NCBI GenBank assembly: GCA_041640575.1
Contig: JBEPZZ010000040.1
Location: forward strand, 1-14,868
DNA length: 14,868 nt
DNA from: Pseudothermotoga sp.
GTDB taxonomy: Bacteria > Thermotogota > Thermotogae > Thermotogales > DSM-5069
Direction: 5' to 3'
Below the pieces are notes generated by a model that saw nothing but the letters and a program-made list of their open reading frames with translations, was not told the origin of the DNA and did no database searches. The number at the start of each line of letters is the position of its first letter. Positions within the stretch are counted from its first letter, which is position 1. The position numbers were made by a program, and so were the translations under genes. Positions 9,060-14,868 of this stretch are shown here, piece after piece.

Positions 9060-10826
9060 GTGTCAACAAAAAGATACATAGCGCTGCTCATGATTCTAAG
9101 CCTTATAAAGCTTTTTATTTTCTACTGTATCTTACCAAAAGTGTTCAGCCTGACAATAGTTGTTGGCACTGTAGCATGGTGTGCCTTATTCTACATTATG
9201 TTTTTCTATTTGTTCAAGGAACAAGGATATCTTCTTCATTGCATCATCTCGATAGCTATCACAGTTGATTGCCTTTACTTTCGAAATTTTGGTAACTTGC
9301 CATCTGTTATACACCTTGCCTTACTCCCACAGCTTGGTAGAGTTGGTGATAGCATAAAGCATTCATTTGATATATTTTCATTTCTCTTCATTGCTGATTT
9401 GATACCGCTGCTACTTTACGATAGAAAAAGGCACAAGAATTTTGTAAAGAACTCTAACTACTTTGTCAGAAAAGATGTCGCTTTGTTGATTCTTTTAGCC
9501 TTTATCTTTGCCTGGCTACCTTTGATTATTGAAAAACCTAAACCAAATCAGGTTTTTGTACGGTATGGTCTTGTTGCGTATCATTCGTATGACATACCAT
9601 GGTCAATCTTTTTTAGAAAGAGAGAACAACTGTTTTCACCGACCAACAGATCGGAAAATGTTGAACACAGCCCAATTTACAGAGGAATTGCGAAGGGGAA
9701 AAATGTGATCGTAATCCAGCTGGAATCATTTCAAAATTTCTTGGTGAATTTCAAATATGAAGGCCAGGAGATAACCCCAAACTTGAATCAACTGATAAGT
9801 CAATCGATATATTTCGAAAACTATTATCAGCAAACTGGATGTGGGAACACGGCAGATGCAGAATTTGTAACTTTGACTTCCCTCCACGTGCCTGGTTATG
9901 ACGTCGCCTATGAAGTATATTCGGATAGAAAATTTGAAGCATTGCCAGCGATTCTTAAGAGGCATGGATACTTAACTCTAGCATTTCATGGAAATTCTGG
10001 TTGGTTTTGGAACAGAAGAAAAATGTATCCAAACCTTGGTTTTGAAAAGTTGTACGCTCTCGAGGAATTGGTACAAGATGAAATCCTTGGGATGGGCTTA
10101 AGCGATTTATCCCTTTATAAGCAAGCTGTAGACATACTCAAGAAAACAGATCAGCCATTTTTTGCATTTATAGTAACACTCTCGAGTCACACACCGTTTA
10201 TACTACCCGATCAATATAAACAAATAAACTTGCTTCCAAAGCACAAAGATACAATTTTTGGGAATTACCTTCAAGCAGTTCATTATGCTGATTACGCCTT
10301 GGGACAATTTCTTGAAATGCTCAAACGTGAAGGAATCTATGACAATTCAGTCATAATTCTTTACGGAGACCATGCCGGATTGCAACCATTCGTAAAAGAG
10401 AACTTGGAAATCATGAACGAAATTCTTGTGAAAGAATATACTTATTTGGAAGCTTTTCGGGTTCCTTTTGTCATTCATATACCAAATCGTGTGTTGAGTT
10501 TGAAGGTGAAAACAGTAGGAGGGCAAACTGATTTTTTACCAACTGTTTTGAATCTGCTCGGTATTGAAATCGATTTCTCAAAGATAGTAGGAAAGGATCT
10601 GTTGAATTGTTCTGAGGGATTCGTCGCACTCAGATATCATGTTCCGGACGGCTCTTTCATTGATGAAAAAAGGTATCTAATTGTGTCGCCCGATGGAATG
10701 TTACAAAATAGCTTTGCTTATGACCAAATTCAATCTAGACAACTACCTTATTATGAGTGCCTTGACGGATACAAAACAGCCATTAAGCAGATAGAGTTCT
10801 CGCGAGCAGTTCAAAAAAAAGAATAA
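9060..10826 (+). CDS. LTA synthase (LtaS) / phosphoglycerol transferase family membrane protein (alkaline phosphatase/sulfatase superfamily)
   Basis: Several N-terminal hydrophobic segments, then KNVIVIQLESFQ, GNTADAEF (catalytic Thr), FHGN..FWNR, GLSD, TLSSHTPF, YGDH, GGQTDFLPT. Start uncertain: GTG 9060 (downstream of GGGAGG) or ATG 9039. The ORF-track start at 8880 overlaps the divergent gene. Confidence 0.88.
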   Translation: MSTKRYIALLMILSLIKLFIFYCILPKVFSLTIVVGTVAWCALFYIMFFYLFKEQGYLLHCIISIAITVDCLYFRNFGNLPSVIHLALLPQLGRVGDSIKHSFDIFSFLFIADLIPLLLYDRKRHKNFVKNSNYFVRKDVALLILLAFIFAWLPLIIEKPKPNQVFVRYGLVAYHSYDIPWSIFFRKREQLFSPTNRSENVEHSPIYRGIAKGKNVIVIQLESFQNFLVNFKYEGQEITPNLNQLISQSIYFENYYQQTGCGNTADAEFVTLTSLHVPGYDVAYEVYSDRKFEALPAILKRHGYLTLAFHGNSGWFWNRRKMYPNLGFEKLYALEELVQDEILGMGLSDLSLYKQAVDILKKTDQPFFAFIVTLSSHTPFILPDQYKQINLLPKHKDTIFGNYLQAVHYADYALGQFLEMLKREGIYDNSVIILYGDHAGLQPFVKENLEIMNEILVKEYTYLEAFRVPFVIHIPNRVLSLKVKTVGGQTDFLPTVLNLLGIEIDFSKIVGKDLLNCSEGFVALRYHVPDGSFIDEKRYLIVSPDGMLQNSFAYDQIQSRQLPYYECLDGYKTAIKQIEFSRAVQKKE

Positions 10827-10839
10827 TACATAAAACCAC

Positions 10840-10929
10840 AAGGAGACTAAATCTTTTCAGGAAGAATACTGCATGCGCTACAAAGAAAGCAATCTAATAA
10901 AAGGAGTCTATATCTTGTTAGGCTGAATA
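10840..10929 (+). repeat. Imperfect 29-bp direct repeat, two copies, 61-bp period
   Basis: aaggagactaaatcttttcaggaagaata (10840-10868) vs aaggagtctatatcttgttaggctgaata (10901-10929): 23/29 identical, ungapped. Confidence 0.5.
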
Positions 10930-11810
10930 TTTAGAATGCCAAAAGGCGACAGAATGAGCGGGCAAGTCTGGCAAAGAGTACGAAAAAAATTTATGGTTGC
11001 CGATTTGGTGGCTGATAATACGTAAAGAGAAAAGGACCCCATTACTTCTAACTGAAAAAGAGTTTTTTCATCCTTTCTTATTCGGGATTAAGGATATTTT
11101 GGCAAGTGTTTCAAAAAATGTCATACTAATCATGAGGGTTTCGCAACTTGTTTTTGAATTAGTAGCAATTAAGATAAACAGATACATTTTTCGAATAATT
11201 GAAACCGGGCGTTATTTCAGTTGAACACGAAAAAATCAGGAACAACTTTGAAGAAAGATCTGTTCAATGTTTTTCACACTTACTCTCAATTGATTGGCAA
11301 AAGGAAATAACAAAAACAGCTGACTCAAAGAACGAAACTAAGGTGATCCATAACAACAATGCTAGTAATAATAGACGTGAGTATATAATCAATTACACCT
11401 CATACTCTCACATAGTTATAAACCAAGAGTTCTTGTTAGCAGTTTTTATTATTCACACAGTAAATACCCTAAGGAAAACCAAGCAACAAATTGCGGAAAT
11501 TGATCTATAAAAACTTTCAAGCGAGCAAAAGATTCAACAAATTGTATAACTGTTCCAAACTATCCGATCATTTTAAATGACTTTAATACCGAAGCCAATC
11601 AAAATGGATGAAGTTCTCGTAGGCAACAGAAACTGCCATTGGAGTCGCTAAAGATTAACCAAAACTCTCCGGCTACGTTTCGTAAGGTTGTGAACCTATC
11701 GAGCCAAAAGCATTATTTTTGAGTAGAGAAATGTTTCAGTTACCATAATTGGAGAAAAACGATTACTAGTTTAGTTCATGTTGTAAAATAGCACTTGGGG
11801 GAAATTAACC

Positions 11811-12287
11811 ATGAAGACATTAGTAATTTATGATACCTACACTGGGACAACAGAAAAATGTGCAAAGCTGCTCGGTGAAAGACTCCAAGGCGAGATTCAT
11901 GTTTTAAGGGTTCCAAGAAATGGCAATGTTGAGGTTGAAAGGTACGATACTGTTGTAATAGGTAGTTATGTACATGCCGGAAAAGTAAGTAGGAGAATCG
12001 CAAGATTTTGTAAAACAAATCTACAAGCACTTTTGCAAAAAAGGGTTGGTATTTTTTTGTGCATGCTTGATAAACCCGAAAATCTTGGAAGGTATCTGAA
12101 CAACAATTTTAATGTTAGTCTTATTGAGCACGCCTTTGCAAAAGCTTGCTTTGGTAGTGAGTTGAATTTTGAAAAAATGAACCCGATTGTTAGATTCTTG
12201 ATAAAGCTGATAATAAAAAAGGCGCAGCCCGAAGTTGGGTTACGCCCAAAGGAAATCGACAAGTTCGTTTCAACCATGAATTCTTGA
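11811..12287 (+). CDS. Flavodoxin-domain protein (HemG/Flavodoxin_5-like)
   Basis: FMN phosphate loop LVIYDTYTGTTEKCA, YDTVVIGSYVHAG, KRVGIFLC, FGSELNFEKM. GGGGG RBS upstream of ATG. Confidence 0.88.
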   Translation: MKTLVIYDTYTGTTEKCAKLLGERLQGEIHVLRVPRNGNVEVERYDTVVIGSYVHAGKVSRRIARFCKTNLQALLQKRVGIFLCMLDKPENLGRYLNNNFNVSLIEHAFAKACFGSELNFEKMNPIVRFLIKLIIKKAQPEVGLRPKEIDKFVSTMNS

Positions 12288-12461
12288 CTTTTGCTTTGTC
12301 TTTGCGTCCGTTGCTTGAAAATCTGAAACGTTTGAACCTCGAATCACTTTAGGACGTTTCTTAAAATCGATGAGCTGTCTTTCTAATTCCGCTCTCTCAA
12401 GTTTTTCTTTGTAAAGAAACCGGAGTGCAATCATTTCTAGAAAACCCCACATGTATTCCAT
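12270..12461 (-). CDS. Small hypothetical protein (63 aa, MEYMWGFLEM...KSRIHG)
   Basis: ATG 12461 preceded by a strong GGAGGTG RBS and a TTGACA-17-TAAAAT promoter. The 3' end overlaps the convergent flavodoxin gene by 18 nt. The ORF-track TTG start at 12545 is actually the -35 hexamer. Confidence 0.7.
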   Translation of the reverse strand: MEYMWGFLEMIALRFLYKEKLERAELERQLIDFKKRPKVIRGSNVSDFQATDAKTKQKSRIHG

Positions 12462-12516
12462 AGTTTCACCTCCTATAAAGATTTTGTCAACCAAAAATCT
12501 TATGGTTCTTGCATAA

Positions 12517-12545
12517 ATTTTAATATATGTTTTGAAAATTGTCAA
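12517..12545 (-). promoter_or_regulatory. Sigma70-type promoter for the 63-aa ORF
   Basis: On the minus strand TTGACA (12545-12540), 17-nt spacer, TAAAAT (12522-12517). Confidence 0.7.
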
Positions 12546-12660
12546 GTATCAGATTCAAAAATTTTAGATAAAAATCCATTCGTGATGATATTGAAAGAGC
12601 ATATTCATATTTTTTAATCTCAAGATAAAAATATATGCTTCATTTAGTCAAACAATTTCG

Positions 12661-12669
12661 TGGTATTAT
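12661..12669 (+). promoter_or_regulatory. Putative extended -10 promoter (TGgTATTAT) for the beta-propeller gene
   Basis: TGnTATTAT 26 nt upstream of ATG 12696, with a GAGGGG RBS in between. No clear -35. Confidence 0.4.
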
Positions 12670-12695
12670 TTGCATAGGAATGAGGGGGCGGTCTT

Positions 12696-13952
12696 ATGAC
12701 TAAAGTGTCGTCCCTCTGGAATTTGTTAATCATCGGTGCCTTGGTATTCCTACTGATTTTCACTTCAATTCATCAAAAGTTGCATGCGCGAACAAATATC
12801 GTGTGGCAAAAACTGATTGGAAAAATCTCCAGAGATATTGCGTACGGTATAGCAGTTCTCAACAACAAAACTATAGCGGTAGCCGGATGGACTGGTTCAA
12901 AATCAAATCCAGACGATCAAAACGTCTTTTTGATAAGACTAGACAAAAATGGTAAGACCTTGTGGCAAAGAGAGATGAATGGTGAAGGAACTGATGGAGC
13001 TACCTGTGTTAAAGCAACATCAGATGGAGGATTTATTGTAATCGCGATCAGCAATTCAAAAAGCGGCGATTTTCCCTCTATTAACGGGTTACAAGATGTT
13101 TGGGTCTTGAAATTTGATGAATTAAACAACCTAGTTTGGAAACGATGCTATGGAACGGGATCCTACGAAGCAGTTTTTGACATCATAGAAGATGATGGTT
13201 ATGTGTTAGTTGGCTACACTCTTAGCCAACAAACGGCTGAAGACATCTGGGTTTTTAAGATTTCAAAAGATGGGGATTTGTTATGGAGTACGGTTTTTGG
13301 TGGAATTGATTGGGATACAGGATTTAGTGTAACTAAGTGGAACGAGGGTTACATTGTGGCTGGCCTGATACGCTCACAAAACCCGTCTAACGTGGTAACA
13401 TTCGGATCGGCTGATATGTTGCTGGCTTATATTTCGAAAAACGGTCAGGTCCTTTGGCAAAAAGCGTTTGGAGGATCAGATTGGGATCAACCTTCACACG
13501 TTTTTTCGACAACAGATGGAGGCTTTGTACTCCTTGGTACCAGTTGGTCTGAACAGATTGTAGGTTTCAATAGGGCTGGAGACATTGTGATGATCAAATT
13601 TGACAAAGAAGGAAAACAGGAATTTGTCAAAACTTTCGGAGGAAGCGCAGATGATATTGCAAGGAAAGGCATGGAAGTTGACGAAGGATATGTGATAGCT
13701 GGAACTACCTGGTCTAATGATGGAAACGTTTCCCAAAAGCACGGAGGCAGTGATTACTGGCTGATCAAGTTGGACCGATTTGGCAACCTTTTTTCGGAAG
13801 AATCATTTGGAGACCATCAAGATGAAATACTTTACGGACTTGAAAAGATAGATGGAGAATACCTTCTGGTTGGTGTCTCTTACTCCTACATGATTGGACT
13901 TTCAGTACGGAGTCACGGCGGAGGAGATATTTATTTGGTAAAAACAAAATGA
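12696..13952 (+). CDS. Exported/membrane-anchored beta-propeller repeat protein (7 repeats), function unknown
   Basis: N-terminal hydrophobic segment (LWNLLIIGALVFLLIF), then seven ~50-58 aa repeats of W.k.fGg...D.......dgy.v.G...S....D.wv.K.d..G. Confidence 0.85.
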   Translation: MTKVSSLWNLLIIGALVFLLIFTSIHQKLHARTNIVWQKLIGKISRDIAYGIAVLNNKTIAVAGWTGSKSNPDDQNVFLIRLDKNGKTLWQREMNGEGTDGATCVKATSDGGFIVIAISNSKSGDFPSINGLQDVWVLKFDELNNLVWKRCYGTGSYEAVFDIIEDDGYVLVGYTLSQQTAEDIWVFKISKDGDLLWSTVFGGIDWDTGFSVTKWNEGYIVAGLIRSQNPSNVVTFGSADMLLAYISKNGQVLWQKAFGGSDWDQPSHVFSTTDGGFVLLGTSWSEQIVGFNRAGDIVMIKFDKEGKQEFVKTFGGSADDIARKGMEVDEGYVIAGTTWSNDGNVSQKHGGSDYWLIKLDRFGNLFSEESFGDHQDEILYGLEKIDGEYLLVGVSYSYMIGLSVRSHGGGDIYLVKTK

Positions 13953-13984
13953 AAGCTGGCATGTTGCCAGCCTTCACTTTTTGT
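13950..13984. terminator. Bidirectional intrinsic terminator between convergent genes
   Basis: TGAAAGCTGGCA-TGT-TGCCAGCCTTCA (13950-13976, 11/12 paired), with a T-rich tail on the + strand (CTTTTTGT) and on the - strand (TTTTGTTTTT). Confidence 0.7.
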
Positions 13985-14459
13985 ACTTCGTGATATTTCT
14001 CAAAAAGTTCTTTCTCCACTCCTTATCTTTCTCTTCTTCAATACCCTTGACTGCAAAACCATCTACTACACCGATTACCCCTCTGCCTTGTTCTGTCTTG
14101 GCGACAAGAACCTGCAGTGGGTTTGCCGTTGCTGCAAAGATTCGACAGACTTCTTGAACATTCTTAATTTGGTTGAGGACATTAATGGGATAACCATTTT
14201 TGATCACAATCACAAAAAGATGCCCAGCTCCAATCTTTTGCGCGTTCTCTATTGCCACTTGTGTTAACTCTTCGTCGTTTCCCTCATACCTTATCAAACA
14301 AGGGCCACTTGCTTCGTTGAAAGCTATTCCAAATCGCAGATTTGGGTTAGTTGTCACAAGAACCTCATAGAGATCCTCAACAGTTTTGATAAAATGTGAA
14401 TGACCAAGAATTATGTTTGCTCCTTCTGGAATATGAACCTGCACAACTTCAATTTCCAT
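13974..14459 (-). CDS. Adenosine-specific kinase family protein (Adenosine_kin / PAE2307-like)
   Basis: Family motifs [77 protein letters not shown]. Confidence 0.88.
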   Translation of the reverse strand: MEIEVVQVHIPEGANIILGHSHFIKTVEDLYEVLVTTNPNLRFGIAFNEASGPCLIRYEGNDEELTQVAIENAQKIGAGHLFVIVIKNGYPINVLNQIKNVQEVCRIFAATANPLQVLVAKTEQGRGVIGVVDGFAVKGIEEEKDKEWRKNFLRNITKYKK

Positions 14460-14522
14460 CTACTTCACCCCCTTTACAGATTATGTCATAAATGCATTCT
14501 TAATACTCACCTTTATAATTTG

Positions 14523-14550
14523 TTGACTTGAATATTTTTCATGATATTAT
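14523..14550 (+). promoter_or_regulatory. Sigma70-type promoter of the pur leader
   Basis: TTGACT (14523-14528), 16-nt spacer, extended -10 TGaTATTAT (TATTAT 14545-14550), upstream of the riboswitch. Confidence 0.65.
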
Positions 14551-14588
14551 TAAATTGTACAAATGAATATCCCCTCCCAGATGGGAGT

Positions 14589-14662
14589 GCCCTTGTATAA
14601 TTCCGAGAATAAGGCTCGGAAGTCTCTACCGGACGGCCGCAAACTGTCCTGGCTACAAGGGC
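14589..14662 (+). ncRNA. Purine riboswitch aptamer, guanine-type (C at position 74 equivalent)
   Basis: P1 GCCCTTGTA/TACAAGGGC; J1/2 TAA; P2 TTCCGAG/CTCGGAA with L2 AATAAGG; J2/3 GTCTCTAC; P3 GGACGG/CTGTCC with L3 CCGCAAA; discriminator C at 14653. Lies upstream of purE. Confidence 0.96.
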
Positions 14663-14678
14663 TTAATTTTTTGAGCAT

Positions 14679-14717
14679 AGAAAATCGGTAGAGACAACTT
14701 TACCGATTTTTCTTTTT
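14679..14717 (+). terminator. Intrinsic terminator of the riboswitch expression platform
   Basis: AAAATCGGTAGAG-ACAA-CTTTACCGATTTT stem-loop followed by TCTTTTT, ending just before the purE RBS GGAGG (14719-14723). Confidence 0.88.
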
Positions 14718-14729
14718 CGGAGGGATAAT

Positions 14730-14868
14730 ATGAAAATTGCACTCGTTATGGGTAGCGACAGTGACCTCAAAATTATGCAAGAAGCAATAGACACGCTAAA
14801 AAGTTTCTCAATTAGTTGCGATGTTTTCATCCTCTCAGCTCATCGAACTCCTCAAGAGACTTTAGAAT
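14730..14868 (+). CDS. purE: N5-carboxyaminoimidazole ribonucleotide mutase PurE (5' part, truncated by window end)
   Basis: My translation: MKIALVMGSDSDLKIMQEAIDTLKSFSISCDVFILSAHRTPQETLE, with the PurE motifs MGSDSD and SAHRTP. GGAGG RBS; absent from the ORF track. Confidence 0.95.
   Translation, partial: MKIALVMGSDSDLKIMQEAIDTLKSFSISCDVFILSAHRTPQETLE

Noticed and set aside
11053..11079. TGAAAAA-GAGT-TTTTTCA hairpin as terminator for the LtaS-like gene
   Set aside because: Almost entirely A-U stem, interrupted U-tail, and over 200 nt from the stop codon.
11176..11205. 30-mer ending GAATAATTGAAAC, resembling the 3' end of Thermotoga-type CRISPR repeats
   Set aside because: Single copy, 5' half does not match, no periodic neighbours and no cas genes.
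10997..11510. ORF-track ORFs 10997-11224 and 11199-11510 as real CDS
   Set aside because: TTG starts without RBS and no recognisable domain; kept only as part of the unexplained-gap finding.
11520..11660. Fragments reminiscent of lysine, SAM-I or c-di-GMP-II riboswitches (CCGAAG, ATGAAG, GGCAAC, ACTGCCA, TGGAG..GCTA)
   Set aside because: The required 5' core motifs and helices of each class are missing; a cmscan would be needed to rescue it.
12462..12545. N-terminal 28 codons of the 91-aa ORF in the track
   Set aside because: Covers the promoter and 5' UTR; the strong RBS points to ATG 12461.
12598..12639. AT-rich imperfect inverted repeat between the divergent promoters
   Set aside because: Low complexity with bulges; plausible by chance at this composition.
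9726..14019. Short minus-strand ORFs inside the LtaS-like, flavodoxin and propeller genes (9726-9965, 11776-12030, 11966-12277, 12917-13129, 13487-13742, 13765-14019)
   Set aside because: Antisense or alternate-frame to real genes, with no recognisable features.

Overview
AT-rich bacterial window, probably from a Thermotogae member (inference: close resemblance of the GH4 to Thermotoga maritima BglT and the overall gene content). The left 9 kb is a tightly packed minus-strand run of eight genes. In transcription order these are a PIG-L/Dac-like N-deacetylase, a BadF-type sugar kinase, a GH4 6-phospho-beta-glucosidase, rsmD, a short alpha-glucan phosphorylase, a MoeA-PBP fusion, mog and a second moeA. 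Divergent from it is an LtaS-like membrane phosphoglycerol transferase. It is followed by ~1 kb with no convincing gene, a flavodoxin-domain protein, a convergent 63-aa orphan with a near-consensus promoter, a 7-repeat beta-propeller protein and an adenosine-specific-kinase-family gene. The window ends with a promoter, a guanine-type purine riboswitch and its terminator ahead of the start of purE. The best leads are a putative PTS-independent chitobiose module (deacetylase, kinase, GH4), an antiterminator that pairs with the riboswitch ligand pocket, non-canonical CTG/ATA starts missed by the ORF track, and the orphan small protein.
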